DNA of 64,000 bases from an uncultured Geobacter sp. (GCA_964458105.1 CAYWJJ010000014.1:7249-71248), one strand, 5' to 3'. Counted from the stretch's first letter, positions 46,677 to 57,032 are shown. Notes: generated by a model from the letters alone, not told the origin. Made by a program: numbers and translations.

Positions 46677-47768
46677 TCAGGCAGGTTTTTGAAGCAAATT
46701 GCGCAGGGAGTTCAATAGGGCGGAAGGTTCATCGATCACAAGCTCCAGGCGGGCCAGCAGAATTCTGCTTTTTTTATCGTAGGTGAGTCCCTTCAGTTTG
46801 ACCCCGTCTTTTTCAGTGGTTATTGCCACTTCGGCACCAGATTGACGCATGGCGTCCAGAATTCCGGAAACCTCGTTGTCAGAATAGGTTGTATGGTCCG
46901 GAAAACGAATGGTCTGTACCAGGTCGAAACCGAGAGTCCGCAACTCATCAAAAAAAACTGATGGTTCGGCAATGCCGGCAAAGGCCAGAGCTTTGGTTGG
47001 AGTTGAACCGGGCAGGGGCATTGGCTTGCCTCCGGAAAGCGGCAACAGGTCAACAATGCGGTGACGGGCATTGCAGGCGGTTGTTCCGCTTGCCAAGGCA
47101 ATATTTGGGCCGCCCTCCGGACAGCGGGTATGGATGATCAGGTCGGCCCGCTCCCTGGCACTGACCGGCTCCCGCAACAGTCCAGATGGCAACGTCCAGC
47201 CGTTGCCGTATGGGTGAGAGTGGTCCAGAAGCAGGATGTTCAGGTCGCGCCCCAACCTCAAATGCTGGAAGCCGTCGTCGAGCAGGAACACATCCGGAGC
47301 AAGCTGTTGCATGGCCAGCAGTCCGGCGGCATAGCGGTCCGTGCCGATCACGACCATCAAGCCCGGTATCGTTGATGCCAGCAAATACGGCTCGTCGCCG
47401 CACTCCCTGGGCTTCAGCATAACGGTGGCTCCATCGCTGACGACAATACTTTGTCCTTCCAGTGAGCCGCCGTAACCGCGTGAGAGAACAACCACGCGAT
47501 ATCCCTGCTGCAAGAGCCAGCGGGCGATGTAGGCTGTGACCGGGGTTTTGCCGGTTCCGCCGACGGTGATGTTGCCGATCGAAATCACCGGGCGGGGCAG
47601 CCGTTTTGACTTCAGTCTACCTGTTTTGTAAAAAAGGGCCCGTAGTCGCTGGACAAAGGAGTACAGCAGTGAAAACGGCGCCAGAATCAGTATCAGCAGC
47701 CGGTCGCCGGGCTCTGTGCGTCTGCCGTTGGCAAGGTCGCGCCAATATGTGGAAAACGAGTCTGTCAT
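46677..47768 (-). CDS. lpxK: Tetraacyldisaccharide 4'-kinase
   Basis: PVISIGNITVGGTGKTP.........L...G..V.VLSRGYGG. Confidence 0.9.
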   Translation of the reverse strand: MTDSFSTYWRDLANGRRTEPGDRLLILILAPFSLLYSFVQRLRALFYKTGRLKSKRLPRPVISIGNITVGGTGKTPVTAYIARWLLQQGYRVVVLSRGYGGSLEGQSIVVSDGATVMLKPRECGDEPYLLASTIPGLMVVIGTDRYAAGLLAMQQLAPDVFLLDDGFQHLRLGRDLNILLLDHSHPYGNGWTLPSGLLREPVSARERADLIIHTRCPEGGPNIALASGTTACNARHRIVDLLPLSGGKPMPLPGSTPTKALAFAGIAEPSVFFDELRTLGFDLVQTIRFPDHTTYSDNEVSGILDAMRQSGAEVAITTEKDGVKLKGLTYDKKSRILLARLELVIDEPSALLNSLRNLLQKPA

Positions 47769-49048
47769 AAATAACCGGCAATTATTTCCATGTGCCTTTT
47801 TGTAGCGCCGCCATTGTCTGCCATCATCTTCAGGCCGTTTTGTCCAAGCAGCAGCCTCCTGGCATTATCGGCGATCAAATCCCGACAGGCGTCGGCCAAC
47901 TCTTGAGGTGATTCAAGCTGAATACCGGCTCCATACTGCAGCACCAATTCCGCAATTTCCCTGAAATTGTTCATGTGCGGCCCGAACAGGCAGGCCAAAC
48001 CCAGTGAAGCCGGTTCCAGCAGGTTGTGGCCGCCGGTCGGCACCAGGCTGCCGCCGACAAATGCAATATCCGAGAGTGCGTACAGGTTCATCATTTCGCC
48101 AACCGTGTCAACCAGCAGAATTCCGCCTTTGGGGAGCAGCTCACCGTCTTTCAAAGCCGTCCGTCTCCGGAATGTGATGTCGGTCCGCTCCAACAGGGCG
48201 GCCACTTCCGAGCTTCGTTCCGGGTGGCGCGGCACCAGCACCAGTAGCAGATTGCTGTCGCTATCCAACAGTTTCCGGTAAGCGCTGATGACATGCTGCT
48301 CTTCACCGGCATGGGTGCTGGCTGCGGTGATGACCGTCGAATTTTCCGGGATTGCGTATTGACTACGCAGTTTTCTTTTTTCATCGTCACCGATTTGACG
48401 GAACGGTATGTCATATTTGAGATTGCCGGTGGTTGCAACCTTGTCAGCGGGTGCTCCGATGGCGGTGATGCGCTGAGTGTCGCTGTCCGTTTGCATGCAG
48501 AGTTGCGAGAATAGTTCCAGGGCATTGCGGAAGAACCATTTGAAGCGCAGATAGCCGTTGAAGGAGCGGTCGGATATCCTGCCGTTGGCTAAAATTACCG
48601 GTATTCCGCGCCGGCGGGCCTCGCGGGTGAAGTTGGGCCAGATTTCGGTTTCCATGATGATCACCACTGCCGGACGGACCAGATTGAGGGTGCGGCGTAC
48701 CGCCGGAAGGAAGTCAAAGGGGAAGTAGATGCAGAGGTCGATCTCGGGAAAGCTGGAAGCGATGCCGCGACCGGTTTCGGTTGTGTTGGAAACCAGGATG
48801 GCGTGGCCGGGATAGCGGCTGCGAAGAGCTTTAAGAAGCGGGCGGGCAGCAATCGACTCGCCCACCGAAACGGCATGCAGCCAGATGACCGGGCGGCTGG
48901 CGATTTTTATCACTGTATCTTTGGATATGGAGCCGAAGCGTTCGCCCAGGGCCGGTGGGCGCCCGCGACTGATGGAACGATAGAGGTGGTAGATCATTAC
49001 CGGGATAAGCAGAAAAACCGAGATTATGTTGTAGCAGAAGTAGAACAT
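47765..49048 (-). CDS. waaA: 3-deoxy-D-manno-octulosonic acid (Kdo) transferase
   Basis: IWLHAVSVGE; C-terminal GGSL...GGHN.LEPA; ~425 aa. Confidence 0.9.
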   Translation of the reverse strand: MFYFCYNIISVFLLIPVMIYHLYRSISRGRPPALGERFGSISKDTVIKIASRPVIWLHAVSVGESIAARPLLKALRSRYPGHAILVSNTTETGRGIASSFPEIDLCIYFPFDFLPAVRRTLNLVRPAVVIIMETEIWPNFTREARRRGIPVILANGRISDRSFNGYLRFKWFFRNALELFSQLCMQTDSDTQRITAIGAPADKVATTGNLKYDIPFRQIGDDEKRKLRSQYAIPENSTVITAASTHAGEEQHVISAYRKLLDSDSNLLLVLVPRHPERSSEVAALLERTDITFRRRTALKDGELLPKGGILLVDTVGEMMNLYALSDIAFVGGSLVPTGGHNLLEPASLGLACLFGPHMNNFREIAELVLQYGAGIQLESPQELADACRDLIADNARRLLLGQNGLKMMADNGGATKRHMEIIAGYL

Positions 49049-49050
49049 GA

Positions 49051-49743
49051 TTAATCCGGAACCGCAGGTGAATTCTCTTCTTTGTCAAGCCGCATGACGG
49101 CGGACAGCAGCAGACCGGTCAGGTAGACCATGCCGAACGCCCAGAGATTGTCACTCAAAAAATGGCCACCCTGCGCGATCCGGGCGATGCTCATCAATAC
49201 ACCGAAAACGATGCCGCCAACCAGCCAGCCAATCGCCACTCGCGGACGGCGGCGGCGATAGATGAAAAACGGAGCGATCATGAAGAATGCTGCCGAAGCA
49301 TGGCCGGATGGAAACGAACGTCCCTGGCCGCTGATACCTTTCTGCCATGGCTGCAGAAACTGCTTTTTGCCGTCAAACTGGACGATGTCACGGGGGCGGG
49401 GGCGTCCCCAGCCTCCCTTGAAGGCCGTATTGACCAAAAGCCCGGGGCCCAGTATCAGAAACAGCGTCAGAAACACACCGCCCTTTTTCCATTGGCGCCA
49501 GGCCGGAATTCTGAAAGACAATGCTGCAGCGCAAAGCCCGCCGGCAGCAAGCAGAATGGCGGGAAACCTGTCCAAACGGTAGAGCAGTTTCCAGGGGAAC
49601 TGTTCTCCCACCGGCCAGCCACCTGCGATGTAAAACTGCGAGGATATGGCCAGATCGGCTCCCGATACTGCGATCAAGGCCGTGGCCAGTATTAGCACGG
49701 TTAAGAGAATGGACGCCTCTAGCCATGGATTACACCGCATCAA
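49051..49743 (-). CDS. PAP2-family membrane phosphatase (lipid A phosphatase LpxE/LpxF-like)
   Basis: The three PAP2 motifs are KGGWGRPRP, FPSGHAS and ARIAQGGHFLSD. The protein is multi-TM. Confidence 0.8.
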   Translation of the reverse strand: MMRCNPWLEASILLTVLILATALIAVSGADLAISSQFYIAGGWPVGEQFPWKLLYRLDRFPAILLAAGGLCAAALSFRIPAWRQWKKGGVFLTLFLILGPGLLVNTAFKGGWGRPRPRDIVQFDGKKQFLQPWQKGISGQGRSFPSGHASAAFFMIAPFFIYRRRRPRVAIGWLVGGIVFGVLMSIARIAQGGHFLSDNLWAFGMVYLTGLLLSAVMRLDKEENSPAVPD

Positions 49744-49774
49744 TAATCTCTCCGGAAAGTTGTAACCTTATGGT

Positions 49775-51526
49775 TCATGGTTCGTTGGCAATTGCATTTG
49801 CTTCCTGGTCTGAAAACTGGAGCGAATGCAGTCTGCTGTAGAGGGCGTTGTTTGCCAGCAGATCGTCATGCGTGCCCTGCTCGACAATGCTGCCACTTTC
49901 AAGAACTACAATCTTGTCGGCGTGCAGGACCGTTGACAAGCGGTGGGCGATGACAAAGGTCGTGCGGTTGATCATCAGGTTGTCAAGCGCCTGCTGGACC
50001 ATTTTTTCACTCTCGGTGTCCAGGGCGCTGGTGGCTTCGTCCAGAATCAGAATCGGCGCGTTTTTAAGCAGCGCCCGGGCGATGCAGATTCGCTGGCGTT
50101 GCCCGCCGGAAAGCCGTACACCCCGGTCGCCGATGCTGGTGTCGTATCCTTCCGGCAGTTGCATGATAAAATCATGGGCGTAGGCGGCCTTGGCTGCTTC
50201 AATCACCTCTTCCAATGTCGCGTCCGATTTCCCGTAGCGGATATTATTGGCGATGCTCTCGTGGAACAGGGTTGTCTCCTGATCGACCAAGGCAATCTGG
50301 GCAACCAGGGATTCGAGAGAAATGTCACGAAGATCGTGACCGTCAATCAATATCGCACCTTCGGTTACGTCATAGAAGCGGGGCAGCAGGGACACCAGCG
50401 TCGACTTGCCTCCACCGGACGGACCCACCAGCGCAATCATCTGATTGGTCGTGGCCGTCAGAGAAATATGCTGAAGTATCGGCTCATTTCCATAACTGAA
50501 GTATACGTTGCGAAATTCAACAACGCCGCATGAACGATCGATAGTGATTGCTCCGGGTTTGTCAGTGATGTTTCTGGGCTCGTCAAGGAGTTCAAAAACC
50601 CGCTCCGCTGCTCCGGCGGAACGTTGAAGCGTGCTGTATGATCCTTGGAGTTTATTGACAGGCCGGGAAAGCGATACCATCGCTCCGATAAATGCAATTA
50701 ATTCCAAAGCGGTCATGCGTCCGGACATGACTTGACTGCCACCGAAGTATACCACCCCGGCAATGCCGAAGGAGATGATTGCCTCCGAAACCGGCGTCGC
50801 CAGCGACTCATACTTGATGTATTTCCGCATCTGCTGGAAATATTCGAAATTGGCGGCCCGGAAGCGGTCTATCGCCCGGCCCTCCAGCCCGAACGCCTTG
50901 ATTACCTTCACTCCGGAGAAGGTTTCCTGGAGAATGGCCGTAATGCCTCCCATGACATTCAGGCTGCGGCCCGAGGCCCTTTTGATCTTTTTGCCGATAA
51001 GCTTTGCGGGATAGGCTGTGGCCGGGATAGCGACAAATGAGAGCAGGGCCAGCTGCCAGTTAAGAAAAAAGAGATACCACAGCAGCGCCATGACAGATAT
51101 GAGATCGCGAAAAAGTCCCGTGACGATGTTGGCGATACCTTCCTGCATGGAACCGATGTCATTGGCCATTCGCGACATCAACTCACCTGCCGCGTTGCGG
51201 TTGTAAAAGGCCATGTCGAGCCGGATATTGCTGGCATACATGTCGTTGCGGATGTCCTGGATGGCCTTTTGACCGGCCAGCTTGATGCTTGTGTCGTAGG
51301 TGAAACGGGCAGTTCCCCGGATTGCGAACAGCAGGATGATTCCAGGCGGGATCAGCAGGAAGACGCCGCTGTTTTTGACGGTCAGGATCTTTTCAAGGAC
51401 ATTTTTGGTCAGGGCGATTATGCCGGCATCCATGCCGCCCACAACAGCCGAGCAAAGCGCCGATACTACCAACAATTTCCAGTAGGGTTTGATATATCCG
51501 AGAGTGCGTTTCAGTATTGGAGACAT
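49775..51526 (-). CDS. msbA: Lipid A export ABC transporter (fused permease/ATPase)
   Basis: I prefer the start at MSPILKRTLGYIKPYWK (51526), which gives a TAATG junction with lpxB. Walker A GPSGGGKST, signature LSGGQRQR, Walker B ILILDEATSALD. Confidence 0.85.
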   Translation of the reverse strand: MSPILKRTLGYIKPYWKLLVVSALCSAVVGGMDAGIIALTKNVLEKILTVKNSGVFLLIPPGIILLFAIRGTARFTYDTSIKLAGQKAIQDIRNDMYASNIRLDMAFYNRNAAGELMSRMANDIGSMQEGIANIVTGLFRDLISVMALLWYLFFLNWQLALLSFVAIPATAYPAKLIGKKIKRASGRSLNVMGGITAILQETFSGVKVIKAFGLEGRAIDRFRAANFEYFQQMRKYIKYESLATPVSEAIISFGIAGVVYFGGSQVMSGRMTALELIAFIGAMVSLSRPVNKLQGSYSTLQRSAGAAERVFELLDEPRNITDKPGAITIDRSCGVVEFRNVYFSYGNEPILQHISLTATTNQMIALVGPSGGGKSTLVSLLPRFYDVTEGAILIDGHDLRDISLESLVAQIALVDQETTLFHESIANNIRYGKSDATLEEVIEAAKAAYAHDFIMQLPEGYDTSIGDRGVRLSGGQRQRICIARALLKNAPILILDEATSALDTESEKMVQQALDNLMINRTTFVIAHRLSTVLHADKIVVLESGSIVEQGTHDDLLANNALYSRLHSLQFSDQEANAIANEP

Positions 51527-52671
51527 TATTGTTCCATCAATGTGAGAGTTAGTTTGGCCACGTTTTTTGATGCACCGCCACAACCCAGTTTGGAACGGAT
51601 TTCCGCCAATTTTCGCCTGATTGCTCCGTCGTAAGCGGCATCGGTCAGGATTGCGCCTATCTCGGCAGAAACGTTCTCCATGTCGGCTTCGTCCTGGATC
51701 AGTTCCCTGACCACGGTTTCGCCGGCCACTATGTTGCAAAGGCCGATGTTGGGTACTTTTACCAGTCGTTTGGCCAATTGGTAGGTCAGCGGCGAGAGCT
51801 TGTAGATGATTACCATCGGGGTACCGACCAGCGCGATTTCCAGCGTAACGGTTCCGGATACTGAGATAACGGCGTCGCAGGCCCGGATCAGGTCATGAAT
51901 CCGGTCGCGGGTTATCAGCACATTCAGGCCGGCCGCGGCAAGTTGCGGATGGATTGCATCGGCGTCCAGGGTGGAAGCCAGCGGCAGGACAAACTGAATG
52001 CCGGGAAAGCGCTGTTTCAGCTGAACCGCCGAGGCGACAATTACCGGCAGCAGCCGCTCGATTTCATTTCTGCGACTGCCCGGAAAGAGCCCGACAATCT
52101 TGCCGGCCGGGTTGAGACCAAAACTGGCGGCGGCTTCAACCCGGTCCATCCTGACACTGACCATATCCGTCATGGGGTGCCCCACAAAAGAGACCGGAAC
52201 ACCGGCTCGTTCGTAGAAGGGGGCTTCAAACGGCAGGATCACAGCCATATGATCAACCAGCCGCGCGATCTTTCTGACACGCCCCTGACGCCAGGCCCAG
52301 ATCTGCGGGCTGATGTAGTAAAGCACTTTTACACCGGCTTTTCTGGCTATTTTGGCCAGTCGCAGATTAAATCCCGGATAGTCGATCAGGATCAGCAGGT
52401 TGGGAGGCTGATTAAGCAGAATCCTTTTGAGTTTCAGGAAAGCAGCGGAGATGACATCGAAGTGTTTCAGAACTTCCACCAGGCCGACCACGGCCATATC
52501 GGACGAGTCTACCACTGTTTCGACACCGGCTTCGCGCATGCGAGCGCCGCCGATGCCGAAGAAGTGCAGGTGCGGGTCCAACTTGAGAGCTTCACGGGCG
52601 AGATCGGCGCCGTAGATGTCGCCGGAGGCCTCGCCGGCGACAATCATGATACGCCGGGAGAGATTATCCAA
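51526..52671 (-). CDS. lpxB: Lipid-A-disaccharide synthase
   Basis: IMIVAGEASGDIYGA motif. I prefer the TTG at 52671, which follows AAGAGG; the alternative is the ATG at 52647. The ORF-track start at 52890 would overlap gnnB extensively. Confidence 0.85.
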   Translation of the reverse strand: MDNLSRRIMIVAGEASGDIYGADLAREALKLDPHLHFFGIGGARMREAGVETVVDSSDMAVVGLVEVLKHFDVISAAFLKLKRILLNQPPNLLILIDYPGFNLRLAKIARKAGVKVLYYISPQIWAWRQGRVRKIARLVDHMAVILPFEAPFYERAGVPVSFVGHPMTDMVSVRMDRVEAAASFGLNPAGKIVGLFPGSRRNEIERLLPVIVASAVQLKQRFPGIQFVLPLASTLDADAIHPQLAAAGLNVLITRDRIHDLIRACDAVISVSGTVTLEIALVGTPMVIIYKLSPLTYQLAKRLVKVPNIGLCNIVAGETVVRELIQDEADMENVSAEIGAILTDAAYDGAIRRKLAEIRSKLGCGGASKNVAKLTLTLMEQ

Positions 52672-53758
52672 CCAGAGCCTCTTTGACGGTTTGAGCCACC
52701 AGACGTACCGATTCCTCCGGCATTTCCGGATAGACCGGCAGAGACATGCAGCGGCTGGAAACATCCTCCGCCACCGGCAGGCTGACTCCGGCGTATTTAT
52801 CTGCAAAGACATCCTGTTTGTGGAGCGGGATCGGGTAGTAGACAGCGGAAGAGATCTGTTTTTCGGACAATCCGGCCATGACGGCGTCACGCTTGTCGGT
52901 CAGCAGTGTGTACTGGTGGTAGACATGAACACCCTTGCCATCTTCAAACGGCACCGCTGCAACATCCTTAAGCAGCTCCGAGTAAAGATGCGCAACCCTG
53001 CGGCGGCCGGTGTTGAATTGGTCAATCCGCTTCAGTTTGACGCGCAGGATGGCGGCCTGGATGTCGTCCAGTCGGCTGTTGAAGCCGATCACGCTGTGGT
53101 GGTAGCGCACCCGGCTGCCGTGGTTGCGCAGTACCTTGACCTGCTCGGCCAGTTCGGCCGTGGCGCAGGTGACCAGCCCGCCGTCGCCGTAACAACCCAG
53201 GTTCTTGCTGGGGAAAAAGCTGAAGCAGCCCAGTGAGCCTAGCGTGCCGGTCATCTTGCCGTTGACGGCCGCGCCGAAAGATTGGGCACAGTCCTCGATC
53301 AGCAGAAGATTGTGTTTTTCACAGATTGCCATGATCGGAGCCATGTCGGCCGGTTGGCCGAAGAGATGCACCGGAATGACCGCTTTGGTGCGTGGAGTAA
53401 TTGCGGCTTCGATCAATTCCGGATCAATGTTGAATGTAAGCGGATCAATGTCCACGAAAACCGGTGTTGCCCCGGCATAACAGATCGCCTCGGCAGTGGC
53501 GATGAATGTAAAGGGTGACGTGATGACTTCATCGCCCGGGGCGATGCCGGCAGCCAGGATTGCCAGGTGCAGTGCGTCGGTGCCCGATGCGCAGGATACG
53601 GAGTAGGGTGCGCCCAGATAGGTGGCGGTTTCCTGCTCAAAGGAGGTTACGTTCGGCCCCAGGATGAACTGGGTGCTTTCAATGGCATCCAGGACCGCCT
53701 TGTCGATTTCGCCTTTCATGGCGTGGTATTGTGATTTCAAATCCACCATCGGTATCAT
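52664..53758 (-). CDS. gnnB: DegT/DnrJ/EryC1-family aminotransferase (UDP-3-keto-GlcNAc transaminase, GnnB-like)
   Basis: MIPMVDLK.QY........A.......FILGP.V..FE........S.GTDAL.LA. It sits between lpxA and lpxB together with a Gfo/Idh/MocA oxidoreductase. Confidence 0.7.
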   Translation of the reverse strand: MIPMVDLKSQYHAMKGEIDKAVLDAIESTQFILGPNVTSFEQETATYLGAPYSVSCASGTDALHLAILAAGIAPGDEVITSPFTFIATAEAICYAGATPVFVDIDPLTFNIDPELIEAAITPRTKAVIPVHLFGQPADMAPIMAICEKHNLLLIEDCAQSFGAAVNGKMTGTLGSLGCFSFFPSKNLGCYGDGGLVTCATAELAEQVKVLRNHGSRVRYHHSVIGFNSRLDDIQAAILRVKLKRIDQFNTGRRRVAHLYSELLKDVAAVPFEDGKGVHVYHQYTLLTDKRDAVMAGLSEKQISSAVYYPIPLHKQDVFADKYAGVSLPVAEDVSSRCMSLPVYPEMPEESVRLVAQTVKEALVG

Positions 53759-54699
53759 GACGGTCTCCTGTCCAGACTGGTATTGATCTTGAGCGCCGTT
53801 TCCAGCGCCATTCTTCCGTCGTGGCCGCTGACCTGGGGCGGTTTGCCGTCACGAATGGCAGAGATAAAGGACTCTATCTCGCTCCGCAGGGCATCGGCCT
53901 CGCCCAGCTCGCGCTCGTCAACCTTGACGTTTGGTACCCCGGGAAACAGCTCGCCGCTGCCCTTTTTGGCAACCAGCACCTTGCGGTTCTGAAAATCCAG
54001 TGTGATGTAGGCGTCGCGCTGGAAGATGCGCATCTTTCGTTCACTTTTCAGGCTGATTCGGCTGGCGGTTACATTGGCAACGCAACCGTTCTCGAAGAGG
54101 ATCCTGGCGTTGGCGATGTCTTCCTCGCCGGTGAAAACCGGAGCGCCGATGGCGTCTACTCTTTCCACCGGAGACTTGACGATGTGCTGGATGATTTCGA
54201 TGTCATGGATCATCAAGTCGAGCACCACGTTGACATCGGTGCCGCGCGGTTTAAAAGGGGCGATGCGCACCGACTCGATGAAAAGCGGTTCATGCAGAAT
54301 GCCTTCCAGGGCCACCAGCACCGGGTTGAAACGTTCCAGATGGCCAACCTGAAAAACCGCACCGTTTTTCTCAGCCAATGCTATCAGCTCATCGGCCTCC
54401 TCTATCGTGACGGTGATCGGCTTTTCGATCAGGACATGAACGCCGGCTGCCAGGAAGTCTTTGGCGACAGTGTGATGATATTGGGTCGGGACTACAACGC
54501 TGACAGCATCGACCTGCCCGATCAGCTCACGGTGGTCGCTGTAAGCCCGTGTGCCAAGTTTCCCGGCAATTTCCGCGGCCCGTTTCGGATCGTTATCTAC
54601 CACGCCAACCAGGTCCACATCCTGGATCGAGGCATATTTCTGGGCATGGAAGTTTCCCAGATAGCCTACTCCGATGACCGCAGTACGCAGGGCGCTCAT
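53755..54699 (-). CDS. gnnA: Gfo/Idh/MocA-family oxidoreductase (UDP-GlcNAc 3-dehydrogenase, GnnA-like)
   Basis: LRTAVIGVGYLG..HA.KY and VLIEKP motifs. It overlaps lpxA upstream and gnnB downstream by 4 nt each. Confidence 0.7.
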   Translation of the reverse strand: MSALRTAVIGVGYLGNFHAQKYASIQDVDLVGVVDNDPKRAAEIAGKLGTRAYSDHRELIGQVDAVSVVVPTQYHHTVAKDFLAAGVHVLIEKPITVTIEEADELIALAEKNGAVFQVGHLERFNPVLVALEGILHEPLFIESVRIAPFKPRGTDVNVVLDLMIHDIEIIQHIVKSPVERVDAIGAPVFTGEEDIANARILFENGCVANVTASRISLKSERKMRIFQRDAYITLDFQNRKVLVAKKGSGELFPGVPNVKVDERELGEADALRSEIESFISAIRDGKPPQVSGHDGRMALETALKINTSLDRRPS

Positions 54700-55478
54700 C
54701 CTCGACAGATTCCGCGTTTGGAATTTTCGATGAAGTTCAGCAGGTAGTCGATTTCAGGGCAGTTGGTTATTTCGCTTCTGATGCGGGATATGGCGTCAGG
54801 CAGTTTCAGATCAGCCATGAAAAGTGTTTTGTAGGCTTTTTTCAGGTTGCTGATCGTGTCTTCCGAAAATCCGCGCCGTTTCAAACCGATCAGGTTCAGG
54901 CCGCGCAGTTTGGCATCACGTTTGCCGGGGGTGGCGATGGTATAGGGCAGGATATCCAGTCCGACCATTGTGCCTCCGCCGATCATGGCGTAGGCACCGA
55001 TCGTGGAAAACTGGTGCACCGCTACCAGGCCGCCCAGGATAACATTGTCTTCAACTGTTACATGCCCGGCCAGTGTGGCGACATTGGCCATTACAATGCC
55101 GTTGCCGATGCGGCAGTCGTGCGCCACATGGGAATAGGCCATGAAAAGGTTGCCGCTGCCGACGACCGTTTCAGCGTGACCGGTAACCGTGCCGCGATGG
55201 ATCGTGGCAAATTCGCGGATCATGTTGTTGTTGCCGATTCGGGTCCAGCACTCTTCTCCGCGGTATTTCAGATCCTGCGGAGGTGCGCCGACCGATGCCT
55301 GATGGGAAATCTGATTGTTTTCTCCGATTTCGGTCCAGTCGCCGATTACTGTGTGCGGACCGATCGTAGTGCCTTTTCCGACCGTGACATGCTTGCCGAT
55401 AATCGCGTACGGACCGACTTCAACGTCACTTGCCAGTGTTGCGCTACCGTCGATAATTGCGGTTGGGTGTATGCTCAT
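54696..55478 (-). CDS. lpxA: Acyl-ACP--UDP-GlcNAc(3N) acyltransferase
   Basis: I prefer the start at MSIHPTAIID (55478). Hexapeptide repeats throughout. C-terminal GLN..GL.RRGFS. Confidence 0.9.
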   Translation of the reverse strand: MSIHPTAIIDGSATLASDVEVGPYAIIGKHVTVGKGTTIGPHTVIGDWTEIGENNQISHQASVGAPPQDLKYRGEECWTRIGNNNMIREFATIHRGTVTGHAETVVGSGNLFMAYSHVAHDCRIGNGIVMANVATLAGHVTVEDNVILGGLVAVHQFSTIGAYAMIGGGTMVGLDILPYTIATPGKRDAKLRGLNLIGLKRRGFSEDTISNLKKAYKTLFMADLKLPDAISRIRSEITNCPEIDYLLNFIENSKRGICRG

Positions 55479-55531
55479 TGTATGTACTCCGTAACTGTTT
55501 GCTGAACCAGCTTTACATCTTATGCCGGATT

Positions 55532-55975
55532 CTAGGTGGCCGAATCGGCAAAGGTCGCCTTCAGAGCAGCTTCGGTAACCAGTGTCTCGCCGACATAGGC
55601 CTTGCCGTTCACACCCCAAATGCCGCGCCGGTTCATAGTGGTTTCTATCTCTATCCGGAGCTGGTCGCCGGGAAAAACCGGTTTGCGGAACTTGGCGCCA
55701 TCAATGGACATGAAGTAGCTGACTTTTTTCTTGGTTGTGTCATCCGAGGCCTGGTAGGCCATGATCCCGGCTACCTGGGCCATGGCTTCAATAATCAGGA
55801 CGCCCGGCATGACCGGGTGTCCTGGAAAATGACCCTGGAAGAAGGGTTCGTTGATGGTTACGTTCTTGATTCCCACACATCGTTTTCCATGCTCAAGTTC
55901 CACAATCCGATCCACCATCAGAAACGGATAGCGGTGCGGAAGAATTTTCATGATATCGTTGACGTCCATCAGCAT
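55532..55975 (-). CDS. fabZ: 3-hydroxyacyl-ACP dehydratase
   Basis: LPHRYPFLMVDR......G......KNVT.NEPFFQGHFPG.PVMPGVLIIEAMAQ. Confidence 0.9.
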   Translation of the reverse strand: MLMDVNDIMKILPHRYPFLMVDRIVELEHGKRCVGIKNVTINEPFFQGHFPGHPVMPGVLIIEAMAQVAGIMAYQASDDTTKKKVSYFMSIDGAKFRKPVFPGDQLRIEIETTMNRRGIWGVNGKAYVGETLVTEAALKATFADSAT

Positions 55976-55994
55976 TAGTAGTTTCCTCCTGTTT

Positions 55995-57029
55995 TCATTT
56001 CAACTTTGATTCAAGCTCGGCAATGCGTTTTTCCAAGGCATTGACGTGTTTTTTCAGTTCCGGCAGACGGGGAACAACGGCCATGGCCCGCAGCCATTCC
56101 TTGTGAGGCATGGCCGGAGTGCCGCTGTAACCGGCATTGGCCGCAAGCGAGCCGGGTACGCCGGACTGAGCGCCCACCATGACATTGTCACCGATCGAGA
56201 GATGTCCGGCAACCCCGACCTGGCCCGCCAGCGTAACGTGATTGCCGATCTTGGTGCTGCCGGAGATGCCGACCTGCGACACGATCATGCAGTCTTCACC
56301 AATCTGGCAATTGTGGGCGACCTGCACCAGGTTGTCCAGCTTGGTGCCGCGCTTGATCAGGGTCACCTCCAGTGCGGCTCGATCGATGCAGCTGTTGGCG
56401 CCGATCTCCACATCATCTTCCAATACGACAATGCCGATCTGCGGGATGCGGTAGTAGGAGCGTCCGTCCGGAGCGTAGCCGAAACCATCCGATCCGATCA
56501 CCGCACCGGGTTGAATGATGCAGCGGTTGCCGATGCGGCAACGCTCGCGAATGGTAGTATTGGCGTGGATCAGGCAGTCATCGCCGATCACGGACCCGTC
56601 ATAAATCACTGCACCGGAATGGATTACGGTCCGGCTGCCAATCGATACGTTGTTGCCGATACATGCACCGGGATAAATGGATATATCGCCTCCCAGAGTG
56701 GTCTGTGCGCCGATGCTCGCTCCCGGCATTACACCCAGCGTCGGGTGTTGTTGCGTGTAAAAAAGCGTCAGCAGTTTGGCAAAGCCAAGGTAGGGATTAG
56801 CCACCTCGATCACATTGCGGCCGTAGCGCTCGCCGCCGGGAGCCATCAGTACTGCGCCTGCGCCTGTTTCTGCGACCTTGGCGGCATACTTGGGGTTGGC
56901 CAGAAAGGTGATCTTGTCCGGACCGGCATTTTCCAGAGGTGCCAGGCCGTTAACAGCAAGATCTTGATCACCCTGCACGGTTCCGCCCAGATAGGCTGCC
57001 AGCTCTTTGAGTGTTCTGTTGGGTAGCAT
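55995..57029 (-). CDS. lpxD: UDP-3-O-acylglucosamine N-acyltransferase
   Basis: N-terminal LKELA..LGG, long hexapeptide-repeat region, C-terminal coiled tail. Confidence 0.9.
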   Translation of the reverse strand: MLPNRTLKELAAYLGGTVQGDQDLAVNGLAPLENAGPDKITFLANPKYAAKVAETGAGAVLMAPGGERYGRNVIEVANPYLGFAKLLTLFYTQQHPTLGVMPGASIGAQTTLGGDISIYPGACIGNNVSIGSRTVIHSGAVIYDGSVIGDDCLIHANTTIRERCRIGNRCIIQPGAVIGSDGFGYAPDGRSYYRIPQIGIVVLEDDVEIGANSCIDRAALEVTLIKRGTKLDNLVQVAHNCQIGEDCMIVSQVGISGSTKIGNHVTLAGQVGVAGHLSIGDNVMVGAQSGVPGSLAANAGYSGTPAMPHKEWLRAMAVVPRLPELKKHVNALEKRIAELESKLK

Positions 57030-57032
57030 CGC

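Noticed and set aside
53821-57026. Long plus-strand ORFs (53821..54747, 55014..55505, 56046..57026) opposite gnnA, lpxA and lpxD
   Set aside because: They are antisense to hexapeptide-repeat and Rossmann genes with strong signatures. They are shadow ORFs.
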